DNA of 63,969 nucleotides, filler included, from Octopus bimaculoides (GCF_001194135.2; 9 parts of 9 records of this genome joined end to end with filler, not necessarily neighbours in it); one strand, 5' to 3'. Counted from the first letter of the whole stretch, positions 26,661 through 39,485 are shown. Numbers and translations are program-made. The notes: generated by a model from the letters alone, not told the origin.

Positions 26661-26930
26661 TTTTTATTTTTTATTATTTTTTTATTTTATTTTTATATTA
26701 TTTATTTATTTTTTTTATTTTTATTTTTACTTTTATTTTATTTTTTTACTTTTATTTTATTTTTATTTTTATTTAATTTAATTTTTTTTTTATTTATTAA
26801 TTATTTTTTTTTAATTTTTCTTTTCTTTTATTTAAATTTTATTTATTTATTTATTTTTTTAAACTTTATTTTATTTTTATTTTTATTTTATTTTATTTAT
26901 TTATTTATTTTTTATTTTTTTATTATGTGA
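26661..26930. repeat. Degenerate (TTTTA)n low-complexity tract
   Basis: About 270 bp almost entirely T/A. Confidence 0.95.
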
Positions 26931-28007
26931 ATACGCGTGAAATAAAACCCTGTAAGCACATTAACATCATTCTCTCTCCCCTTGGTTATCCAATATCTTT
27001 ACGATCACACTCGTCTTGACTATTTAGCCATTCACCAGTATCATTACCCTATTAGTTCCTTTATTTGTTTCATACGCAGTAAATGCTAACTATTGCTGTA
27101 TGTCTTTTACCGCCTCTAGTGCGAACTGTTCCTAGATTTCCAGCTTCAGCCGTCATACCGCCATTATCATCAAAATATTCTGTCAACTTAACGCGTTTTT
27201 GATACACAAGTCACCTTCCTTTTTATTTTATTTTTTTCCTTCTTTCGCTGCATAATGATGTCCAATATCTCGATTCTACTGCTCATGCTATCTGCAATAG
27301 AAAAAGAAATCTAATAAAACATGCATTTAAAAACGAATATTTTATGTAAATCAACAAGTTAATGATAGCAAGAAATCAAGCTGAGTTTTCCAGCGTAACA
27401 GTTACAAAACAGCATGTCGTAAGCTATAAGTTTTAAGACGTACTGTTACGGTGGCTATAAAATATTAGTAATAATTTAATTTGTTCGACCGATTTTATGT
27501 ATGAAAAAATAATTGAGTTAGATTATTGTATGATGGAATTAATAATTTGAAATAGACAAATAGAATAGCAAGACCTATTGATTAACATCAAACAAAAATT
27601 AAGTTTGTTCGTTCAATTTAATTATTGTAATGCGTTTAATTTAAAGTGTATTGGATCTGGAAAGTATTCCGTGTGTTGGATCAACTTTAAATACTTGATC
27701 GCTCGTAAAATTTCAATGCTGTATAGTAGTATAGAAACAGAACAAAACAATCATTGAATCGGAAATAACTTCTACGCATTTAGCACAGAGCCTGTAGCGC
27801 ATTGCTACCCTTACTATATGCAAGGCTAATCCGGCAATGGAAGCTGGTGTTTAGATAAGTTTGCATGTTGTGGGGGAGAAAAGGAATCTGTATGAGAGAG
27901 AAGAGCTGTAATTAAAAGCACTCTTTCAGACGAATAGACAGCCAGATTTCTTTTACCCTGCGTTTTATGAATTTATCCAATCTCATCACTAGCTTCTCTG
28001 TAAAGGA

Positions 28008-28278
28008 GCAGCGTGGAAGGTGTTTATAAGCCATTTAAGAAACACACAAAACCGTTAGATTCACTTCAACATTTAAATTTAATTTGCCAAAATATTTTCG
28101 TCGTGACCTGTTCACTGACAAAATTTTGTTAGTGAACAGGTCGCGGTCTCAGTGAACAGTGAACAGGTCGCGGTCTCAAAGCGACGAAAATATTTTGGCA
28201 AATTAAATTTAAATGTTGAAGTGAATCCAACGGTTTTTGTGAGTTTCTTAAATGGCTTATAAACAGCTTCCACGCTGC
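28008..28278. repeat. Long inverted repeat (fold-back), arms about 96 bp, with nested hairpin
   Basis: 28008-28103 pairs with 28182-28278. The spacer contains the hairpin gacctgttcactgac-aaaattttgtt-agtgaacaggtc and a duplicated agtgaacaggtcgcggtctc. Confidence 0.92.
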
Positions 28279-30224
28279 AATTGTTTTCGTTCCAGCACAC
28301 GATCTCAGATCAGGTCACTTGCTATGCAAGTACATCTCCGTAAGTTATATTAATAGTTATAACAATCAGATAAATTAACAACACAACTATCAATATTTCC
28401 AACAACAACAATTTTATCATTTATCGCAATTAACATTAATTAATTAAATTATGGCTGCAAAAATAGAAGATGAAATGGTCACAGCTTGAGCGCTTTTTAG
28501 CATAGGTCCGCTCGGTCATAGTTGAGCAGGGCTTAAACAACAACTGATAAACTAACTAAGATTATTTATAAAACCGTGAATATATATATCCTGCGTTGAC
28601 GCAGGCGTGGCTGTCTGGTAAGAAATTTGCTTCTCGATCACATGGTTCTTGGGTTCAGTCCCACTGCGTAGCACCATGGGGGCGATGGCCGGTGCTACTT
28701 TGTGAGCTACAAGGGATATTACTTTGGGTTTCTTTTTTAATTATTTTGCACACACTTAGCATTGTAAATGTATCTTTTCAAAATTCTTACCACTGAAATA
28801 AGAAGACAACCATGTAATAATTAAAATAAACGCGTAGATCACCCACCAAAGTAAATTTGCTCACGTAGATCACACTGAAAGTAGCTCTAACACAAAGTAA
28901 ACTAAAAAGTAACCTAAAGTTATCTCCCTTGTAGATCACACGCCAAAGTAACACTCAACGACTTTCTACTATACCCTAGGGCCGACCAAAGCCTTGTGAG
29001 TAGATTTAGTAGGCGAAAAGTCAAAGAAGCCCGTCTTACATCCATCCATACATACATACATACATACATACATACATACAGGTAAGACAAGGTATAAATA
29101 ATGGTCATTACGTATTTTTCCTTTATTGGAGTAAATTTGGCTTACAGCTGTTTCCCGTAATCATTATAGGTTCGTTACTGATAGGTTTCTTCAATGGTAT
29201 ATATACATACATACATACATACATACATACATACATACATACATGTATGTATGTATGTATGTATGTATGTATGTATGCGTATTTATGTATGTAAGTATAT
29301 CTATGTATGTGTGTCTTTCTGTTTGTCTCCAACTACCGCTTGAGAACCGGTGTTGGATTTTTTACGTCCCCGTAACTTAGCAGTTCGGCAAAAGAGACCG
29401 ATAGAGTAAGTACCATGCTTAAAAAAAAAGAAAGGAACTACTAGGGTCGATTTGTTCGACTAAACACTTCAAGGCTGTGCCCCAGCATGGCCACAGTCCA
29501 AAGAACGAAACAAGTAAAAGAACGTTAGAATAAAAGAATAAAAGAACTGTGTATTCTCAAGGATAAAGCTCAGAGATTTTTCCACCATAATTCACTCAAA
29601 GTAAAAGAGTAAACGTCAACTCCGCAACAAATGAGAACCTCCTCCCTTGCCCAACCCACTTTAAAACGAAAATAAACTTTCGTGTTTATATGAGAAATGA
29701 AGGGAAATGCATAATGCTGTTTAAGGGTGTTATAAATCACAAATGACACCAGCGCCTGTGAAATATGCGGCCCTTCCCTTGCAGCGATTTCTCATGTGAC
29801 TTTTGTGCTCTTTGCTTCCCTTCAAAGGTCGCATATTTTCTGTGACCTTCGTTTATAAATATGAAGTCATTCGTTGTTGTGTTCTTAGTTTAAATGACCC
29901 GGGTCAAATTGATCTCTTCTTAGATTATGCATGGCTGCGTGATTCAGAAGTTCGGTTTCAGGTTTACTATAGCCTCGGACAGACAAATGCCTTGTGAGTG
30001 AATTTGATAGACGGAAACTGAAGGAAGCCTATTGCATGCATGCATACATACATACATACATACATAAATATATGCATACATACATACATACATGTGTGTC
30101 TATGTACATATATATGCGTGCGTGTATGCCTCTCTCTTTCTCTCTCTCTCTATCTTTCTCCCCCTCCTTATTTTTAAGCTCGTTAAGGGATAACATCCGA
30201 GTGCTTTGGTTGCCTCGTTCATCC

Positions 30225-30542
30225 ACAGGGATGTCTTTTCTGCTCTAGGCACAAGGCCCGAAATTATTGGGGAGAGGGCCAGCCGATTAGATCTACCCCA
30301 GAACACAACTAGTATATAATTTATCGACCCCGAAAGGATGAAAGGCAAAGTCGACCTCGGCGGAATTTGAACTCAGAACATAAAAACAGACGAAATACCG
30401 CTAGGCATTTCGCTCGGCGTGCTAACATTTCTTATTTCTTTATTGCCCACAAGGGGCTAAACATAGAGGGAACAAACAAGAACAGACAAAGGGATTAAGG
30501 CGATTACATCGACCCCTGTGCGTAACAGGTACTTAATTTATC
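30225..30542 (-). mobile_element. SINE family B, dimer (reverse orientation)
   Basis: Reverse complement of family B sequence as in 17208-17640. Confidence 0.88.
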
Positions 30543-32505
30543 NNNNNNNNNNNNNNNNNNNNNNNNNNNNNNNNNNNNNNNNNNNNNNNNNNNNNNNNNN
30601 NNNNNNNNNNNNNNNNNNNNNNNNNNNNNNNNNNNNNNNNNNNNNNNNNNNNNNNNNNNNNNNNNNNNNNNNNNNNNNNNNNNNNNNNNNNNNNNNNNNN
30701 NNNNNNNNNNNNNNNNNNNNNNNNNNNNNNNNNNNNNNNNNNNNNNNNNNNNNNNNNNNNNNNNNNNNNNNNNNNNNNNNNNNNNNNNNNNNNNNNNNNN
30801 NNNNNNNNNNNNNNNNNNNNNNNNNNNNNNNNNNNNNNNNNNNNNNNNNNNNNNNNNNNNNNNNNNNNNNNNNNNNNNNNNNNNNNNNNNNNNNNNNNNN
30901 NNNNNNNNNNNNNNNNNNNNNNNNNNNNNNNNNNNNNNNNNNNNNNNNNNNNNNNNNNNNNNNNNNNNNNNNNNNNNNNNNNNNNNNNNNNNNNNNNNNN
31001 NNNNNNNNNNNNNNNNNNNNNNNNNNNNNNNNNNNNNNNNNNNNNNNNNNNNNNNNNNNNNNNNNNNNNNNNNNNNNNNNNNNNNNNNNNNNNNNNNNNN
31101 NNNNNNNNNNNNNNNNNNNNNNNNNNNNNNNNNNNNNNNNNNNNNNNNNNNNNNNNNNNNNNNNNNNNNNNNNNNNNNNNNNNNNNNNNNNNNNNNNNNN
31201 NNNNNNNNNNNNNNNNNNNNNNNNNNNNNNNNNNNNNNNNNNNNNNNNNNNNNNNNNNNNNNNNNNNNNNNNNNNNNNNNNNNNNNNNNNNNNNNNNNNN
31301 NNNNNNNNNNNNNNNNNNNNNNNNNNNNNNNNNNNNNNNNNNNNNNNNNNNNNNNNNNNNNNNNNNNNNNNNNNNNNNNNNNNNNNNNNNNNNNNNTATA
31401 CGACGGGCTTCTTTCAGTTTCCGTCTACCAAATCCACTCACAAGGATTTGGTCGGCCCGAGGCTATAGTAGAAGACACTCGCCCAAGGTGCCACGCAGTG
31501 GGACTGAACCCGGAACCATGTGGTTCGTAACGACTTCCGATGTTGTTTAAAAAAGAGCAACAAAACTATATCCCTACTTCTCACTTTTCATTCCACCGTA
31601 AAAATAAAAAGTAATTTCTATATTTCACTTTTGTATTTTGTTTGCAAGATTCTTGATGCGAATTCGTGAGATCTTTTCTGTTTGGTTACCACTCTTCGAT
31701 TTCTTTAATTTTGTTCCAACTGATTTCAAATTTGGTGTGTGGATGTAGTTTTGTATGTTAATTATTAACACGAAATTCATTTTCGCCATAGAGCGATAAA
31801 TAAACTGTTAATAGTCTTTAAAGTCTGCAAATTTTGGGTAATCTTAGCCAGTCGAAAGCCACAGATATATAAGTGCCTGTTTCCATAGAAACAAGCAAGC
31901 GTTGGCATTCTCCTGTTATACACCACGTGTGCTTACGAAAAACAAAATGTACTGGACTTCAGTTTGTATTTTCTGCTCTTAAAACTACAAAAGTGCAGCC
32001 AAACAGAACCAGTGCGTGTTGTTGAAGCGAATTTTGCTGTATCTCTGGAGGGTCATTACAACCAATAATTAACACGCACTGGTCCAGTTTCACCACTTTC
32101 GGTTGTCTGCTTAATCATTCGGTTTGCCAAAATGTTCTTTCGTCGTCATTCGCAACTTCTCCATTGACGTGCCTTTCGTCGGTTGTTTTATTTTCCTTCT
32201 TGTTTTTTTTGCCTGCTTCCTTCTGACATGCTGCTTGCTGCTGGTACCACCACTACTTCTACAACTACAGATAATGATGCTGACGACGACGATATAGTGA
32301 TAGTGGTAGTGGCGGTGGTTGTGGTGGCGGTGAATACGACGCTGAAAGGAAAGGAGGCCTAATTCCTATGTTCTTAACCAAACAGTTAGTTACCTTATAT
32401 AACAAACAGCCTTTCTTTATAAGATGCACTCTTGGAGGAGACACGCACTGTTGCCATGATGAGAACTACTCTTTTTATCTGTCTTACTCCTCCTCTCTTC
32501 CATTT

Positions 32506-32555
<50 letters not shown>

Positions 32556-32959
32556 NNNNNNNNNNNNNNNNNNNNNNNNNNNNNNNNNNNNNNNNNNNNN
32601 NNNNNNNNNNNNNNNNNNNNNNNNNNNNNNNNNNNNNNNNNNNNNNNNNNNNNNNNNNNNNNNNNNNNNNNNNNNNNNNNNNNNNNNNNNNNNNNNNNNN
32701 NNNNNNNNNNNNNNNNNNNNNNNNNNNNNNNNNNNNNNNNNNNNNNNNNNNNNNNNNNNNNNNNNNNNNNNNNNNNNNNNNNNNNNNNNNNNNNNNNNNN
32801 NNNNNNNNNNNNNNNNNNNNNNNNNNNNNNNNNNNNNNNNNNNNNNNNNNNNNNNNNNNNNNNNNNNNNNNNNNNNNNNNNNNNNNNNNNNNNNNNNNNN
32901 NNNNNNNNNNNNNNNNNNNNNNNNNNNNNNNNNNNNNNNNNNNNNNNNNNNNNNNNNNN

Positions 32960-33014
<55 letters not shown>

Positions 33015-33501
33015 ACAATGCTACGCGTTTGTTAAGGTTTAGAAATAAACAAGTTTTAAGACGCCACCGCAAACGAAACAGTAAGATATGAGCACAAACA
33101 ATCCTCACTATCCATTAGAAAAATTGCGATTTGGTGTTTTTATCTTTTACTTGTTTCAATTTTGGGGCTGCGGCCATGCTGGAGCACCGCCTTGGAGAGT
33201 TTTAGTCGAACAATTCGACACCTTGTACTTCTATATATATTTTCAAGTCCGGTAATTATCCCATTGGTCTGTTTTACCGTAAACAAACTAACACCGGATG
33301 TTAAGTGATGATAGAGAACAACACAACACAAACACGCACGCATACACGCACAAACGCATACATACCCTCAACTGTGTATATATATATATTTATATATATA
33401 TANNNNNNNNNNNNNNNNNNNNNNNNNNNNNNNNNNNNNNNNNNNNTTAATTAATTAANNNNNNNNNNNNNNNNNNNNNNNNNNNNNNNNNNNNNNNNNN
33501 N

Positions 33502-33566
33502 NATAATAATAATAATGATAATAATAATAGTAATAATAATAATGATAATAATAATAACAATAATGA

Positions 33567-33665
<99 letters not shown>

Positions 33666-33725
33666 TAATACTACTACTATTAATAATAATAATAATAGTA
33701 ATAATAATAATAATAATATTAATAA
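33502..33725. repeat. (TAA)n microsatellite
   Basis: Direct reading. Other tracts at 2176-2238 and 11966-12086, and a compound TAA/TGA/TTA/TAG tract at about 40075-40245. Confidence 0.98.
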
Positions 33726-34644
33726 TTGGCAAAATTAAAGTAAGTAAAGAAAAACAACCAAAAAAAAAGCCAACAATAACAAACATTTTGGTCCCCAATT
33801 TGGTATAAACTAGAAACGTATTCATTTATTTCTGTTCTTTTTCTTCTTTTCTTTTTTTTCCGTTTTGTAAAATGAAATGGTCCATATTTAATATACAAGG
33901 TCGGCAAAAAAACCCTCCCTTATTTTACACGGTCGTAGATGTGATACTAGAAAAAGTTAGACAAGTAGGAATGGTACCTTTGTGAAGCTTAATGCCTTAA
34001 CGTTTTTATTGCGTTAAAACTGGTGCATTCTACGCTTTGGTTGTTGACATTTATCGACCTGCAACATGTAGGAGGATTTTTTGCCGCTCTTTTCATGAAG
34101 AACAGCCATCGATATTATTATTTTTTTAATCATATTTTAATTAATTTTTAAAATTTTCTTGGTTGGGGAGATAAGTATTGAACTGTCAGTTAGAATTTTT
34201 TTTTTCTGTTCCTTTGTAGTTTTTTTTTTTTTTTTAAATCATTATTTTTCTTCTAAGAATTTTAATTCTTGGAATTATTGTTCATATATTTCTTTCCAGT
34301 TTTGACCAGATTTGATAAAAAAAAAAAAAAAAAATCCAACTGACGTAATTTCAGTGAAGAGGGGGAAAGAAATCAGCGGGGGGAGGGGGACAGAGAGAAA
34401 AATGGGAGCACAGTAAGATTTAAACGGAACTTAAATCTAAAATAATAATAATAATAACAATAATAATGCAGTAGAGGGTATTTATATATATACGCATATA
34501 TATTTAAAATAATGCAGTAGAGGGTGTATATTTTAAAATAAGCAGTTCATTTGTTTCGGTGGCAGTCACGGGGCTCGAACTCGAAGACTACCATGGAAAA
34601 TATTAAACTGAAGCTACGTTGTGTGTTATTGTGTGTGTGCGCGC

Positions 34645-34694
<50 letters not shown>

Positions 34695-35062
34695 AAACAA
34701 CATACACCTAGTAAATATATATGTAAATTGCATAATCTATGTGTGNNNNNNNNNNNNNNNNNNNNNNNNNNNNNNNNNNNNNNNNNNNNNNNNNNNNNNN
34801 NNNNNNNNNNNNNNNNNNNNNNNNNNNNNNNNNNNNNNNNNNNNNNNNNNNNNNNNNNNNNNNNNNNNNNNNNNNNNNNNNNNNNNNNNNNNNNNNNNNN
34901 NNNNNNNNNNNNNNNNNNNNNNNNNNNNNNNNNNNNNNNNNNNNNNNNNNNNNNNNNNNNNNNNNNNNNNNNNNNNNNNNNNNNNNNNNNNNNNNNNNNN
35001 NNNNNNNNNNNNNNNNNTATCTCTTAAAAACAAATTGGAAAAAAAAAAGACAAAAAAGTGGG

Positions 35063-35094
<32 letters not shown>

Positions 35095-35503
35095 CCCCTC
35101 GAAACCGAGGTGAGATTTAAAGAAAAAAAAAACTAGTAGAAATAAAAATTGCAAACACAAGAGAAAAATAATAAAAAATTTGAAATAAAATTATTGGTTA
35201 ATTGGTGGGTGACGTCTTCGACACACGTGTTCTGTAGCAGAGATCAGCTCCAGGGAGTCAGTTGATAAATTCCATATCCCATACACTTGGACCGTGTATC
35301 TCTTGGTTATTGTATATCAGTGTTATATCATTATCACGCACACACGCGTATATATTTATGCATATACACACGCAATATTTACATATGATATATACACATA
35401 CTCTATATGTATACATACGTATATCGTACTGTTAACTGTACGCTTATTGGTACATATATACGTACACTCATACGCGCACACACACATATATATATGTAAT
35501 GTT

Positions 35504-35581
<78 letters not shown>

Positions 35582-38500
35582 TGTATATATGTGCAGTTGT
35601 ATATATGAACATTTGTAAATTCATGTGTTGTATGACTGTAAAATAAGCTGGCCTCCATGTTGCTCTCGTAGTGTGCCATGAAATCACGTGACAAATTTGG
35701 GGCGGGTTTCCTCACAGAGGTTTGTTCATTCAATTTGATTTTTAAAAAATAATAATAATAACAAAACAAGACTCATATCCATGATTTGGTCAGGGAAGAT
35801 TGAATTGAAAAAAGGATAATATATATATATATCTATACATACATACATATATGTGTGTGTGTGTGTGTATATACATGTATATATATATTTTTATATATGT
35901 ATAGAGTCATACATATATATGCAGGTATGTATGTATATATGTATATGGGGATATCACACGGGTATCATTAAATGCCGTTTATTATCATTGTCGCCGGATA
36001 GCAATTGTCTGATACTTTTTTCATTTGCATATTGTTTGTCTGCATTTGTATATGTACGTGTATATGCGCATGTGTGTCTGTGTGTGTGAGTGTGTGTGTA
36101 TTATGTTTGTATGAGTGTGTTATTGTATGAAAAAAGACAAATGGTGACCATCGGGATCCCTAAGGTATTCGATTTCAAAGATTAAAAAGTTGAATTAGCG
36201 ATAAGAAGAAAGTTTATTGTCATTTTTATGTTTCTATTGTTGACGTCTTAATTTCTGCTTTACATATTTATCTTTCTAGTCTAGAACTTCCCAAATTTCG
36301 ACGTTAGACTCCCTGAAGTTCATGCTCTAAGCCCCAAGCTTTGTAACCAAGCTCCCCTTTCTAATTTAGGCCCAATCCCTGTTTTTCTCATTTGAACCTT
36401 TTACTTTTCTAATGCTGACTTCCCTAGCTGTTTCATCTCGTCCTATAATTCTTTCTATGTGTTTATCAACAAAACCCCAAACTCTCTCTTAGTTCCTCCT
36501 TATTTTGTCCCTAGCTCTCTAATTTGCCTTACACTCTTTTCGAATCCTGATCAGCCCCTAACTTTTTAACATGGACCTCCCTAATTCTTTATTTCAAACT
36601 CCTAATGATTCAAATCCAAACTTCACAAATCTTCTAATTTAGACACGTATAATCCCTGAGACCCCTAACCCTTAGAATCTCGGATATCCTATAACCTTGC
36701 TAATCTTCTAGTCTACATCTTTTTCTAATCTGTAGTCCCTATTTCTAATTGAAATCTGAAATCGTTGTGAAGAAAACTAATTTTGTTTCACCTGAATGGT
36801 TTCGTTTGTTCTTTGGTTTATTAAACATTCCTATAGGCTAATATGGTATGGTGCCTCATTTTAGACGTCTCTGAGTATTCTGCTAGATATGACTGCTTGA
36901 AAAAGACAAGCACCAAAGTGCAAATAGGATATTTGAGAGAGAGCTGAAACGTGCAAATAGGATATTAAAGAGAGAGCTAGAACGACGCAAGCTGTCTTTT
37001 TTTTTTTAGAGACCTATCTAAGGTTCTTAAGATCGAGTTTGGAACAGTACAATTACTGCTGGCACTGTACCACAGAAATATAGGCTCTTTGTGTTCAGAG
37101 TCAAGGACATCGAATACAAAAGTGGTTAATATTATCAAATGGTATTAGTAATAAAAACCTAATATTACTAAATACTAAAGATCAATAAAATAAAACTACT
37201 AAAATAAACGGGATGAAAGAAAATAATTAATTTACGAGGGCTAAAGGAAGAGGAGGAGAATAAGGTGAAAGTCAGAAAGATGGGAAATTGGGAGGATGAA
37301 AGAGAGACAGAAAGTTAATTCACAGAATAATGTCGTTGTGGGATGTATGTGTTTATTAATGTTTTGATTGATGGTCTTTATGGAAAAGGCACTAAATTTG
37401 AAAGTATTCACATGAATTAAAAAAAAAAACTGAGATGAATTTATGCATGTATATATGCATGTATGNNNNNNNNNNNNNNNNNNNNNNNNNNNNNNNNNNN
37501 NNNNNNNNNNNNNNNNNNNNNNNNNNNNNNNNNNNNNNNNNNNNNNNNNNNNNNNNNNNNNNNNNNNNNNNNNNNNNNNNNNNNNNNNNNNNNNNNNNNN
37601 NNNNNNNNNNNNNNNNNNNNNNNNNNNNNNNNNNNNNNNNNNNNNNNNNNNNNATATATACACACAGGAGTTAGCATTATCATTATGAGTATTTTCATAT
37701 TCCTAAAATAGTCGTATTACCTTATGGAGTACTTTTGTCAGATATATTGTTGTGAGCAAGTAAAAACAAAATGGCTTCTGACGTTTCGTGTAAACCGCAT
37801 TCATTTTGAAATGATGGCTGAATTTGATACAAATGAGACCCTGCTAAACAACCCCCCTTTAATTTTGGGATTTGGTAATTGCGTGTCAATAGGATAATCC
37901 AGAATTTGTTGTTTTACAATAGATTGTGTTCGTAGTCAGAGTTTATCCTTCAAATAGTTTCGTTATTGAGTATTACGTTTTGTGTGCGTGTTTTTACCAA
38001 AGTTCATTATTCATTTTGTTTCAAAATGCAGTATAAAGTTTCGTATAAAAAATGTTTGAAACACGCATACGCTAACACACACACGGTCACGCGCAGACAC
38101 TCGGGGGAAAAAAGTCTAAATGGTTATTATATATTACTCTATAGAAACTTTCGATATAAAGTAGCATATAATACAGTCACATGACTAGACACGTGATTAA
38201 CCCAATCGACAATTACCTATGTTTAAAAGTTATGGCTGTCGTAGCAGTGAAAATAACGTTTGGATGGTCAAATAAAATTCTTTGAATGAAAATGGAATAA
38301 CACTCGAAACATAAGGATTGTGGTTCAAATTCTATGAATGGGTGTGATGATTGTAAGTGTGCATGTATATATATATATATATATATATCTGTGTATTTAT
38401 ATTCATGTGTGTTTGTGGGTAATGTATGTATTAATGCGCGATTTCACAACAGGGATGAAGTAAAAAAAAAGACCCTTATAAAGTAGGGAATGGTTTGGTA

Positions 38501-38707
38501 TATATGTCTTGTAGAAAAATTCTTATCATACAGAAAACATTCCCTCTTCTTTTTTTATTTATCCATTTTGTTCGTCTATTTTTTTGTATTTTTATCAAAG
38601 TCCCTTTCGTCCTCCTGTTCAAGGATTTGTTCGTTTGGGTTCTCCTCTTGGAGAACAATGCCAATCTCTGGCACATCAAGAATCCTGACCAAATCACGAA
38701 TTATGAG

Positions 38708-39116
38708 TCAAACCTCTTGATAATGAGGATTGTGTGTCGACGGCCCAGCAGTCGTGTAAATGTCGTTTGGAAGAGAATGGCGGCGCTTCTGATCGTTGGC
38801 GGCGCCGTTCGCCATACCGCTGATTCCTGGGTTGTTGTTGTTGTTTACGTAAATGTTCTGAGGCACCAGTTTTACCATTAAATCTTCCTTCTCTGGAAAG
38901 CGCACGATTTTGTTGTCTATCTCTTCGTAGATGACCTCATTGTCGCTGCTGTAGGCATGTTCGGTGTCGTCACTGAAATGATGTCCAATGTGACTGCTGC
39001 CACACATCGGGAACGATGTGCTTCCGTTGCGCATGCTCTCACAACGTAGTTTGTTGAACACAACTGATTTTTCGGTGACTCGAGGTATACCAGGACGATT
39101 GCTCTTTCGAGAACGC
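38708..39116 (-). CDS. Coding exon (probably terminal) resembling the cytoplasmic tail of a single-pass receptor or adaptor, rich in Tyr motifs
   Basis: Strong acceptor (cacattttcttttcccgtttacag|) at 39117-39118. The frame is open from the first full codon to TGA at 38710-38708: RSRKSNRPGIPRVTEKSVVFNKLRCESMRNG...NEVIYEEIDNK...QNIYVNNNNN...RRHSLPNDIYTT...NPHYQEV. Coding-like GC content against AT-rich flanks. Confidence 0.7.
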
Positions 39117-39194
39117 CTGTAAACGGGAAAAGAAAATGTGGTGTTAGTATTTTCTTAAAATATATAATCTATTTCTTAAAATATATAATCTATA

Positions 39195-39357
39195 GGCGTA
39201 GGAGTGGCTGTGTGGTAAGTAGCTTGCTTACCAACCACATGGTTCCGGGTTCAGTCCCACTGCGTGGCACCTTGGGAAGGTGTCTTCTACTATAGCCTCG
39301 AGCCGACCAAAGCCTTGTGAGTGGATTTGGTAGACGGAAACTGAAAGAAGCCCGTCG

Positions 39358-39418
<61 letters not shown>

Positions 39419-39485
39419 TTGTGTGTCTGTGTTTGCCCCCAACATCGCTTGACAACCGATGCTGGTGTGTTTACGTCCCCGTAAA
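39195..39485 (+). mobile_element. SINE family A copy, young, in the intron upstream of the 39116 exon
   Basis: Near-consensus head and middle with CpGs intact. Confidence 0.9.

Noticed and set aside
38495-38881. 128-aa plus-strand ORF overlapping the tail exon
   Set aside because: Antisense shadow of the minus-strand exon and its UTR; low-complexity hydrophobic start, no splice or domain support.
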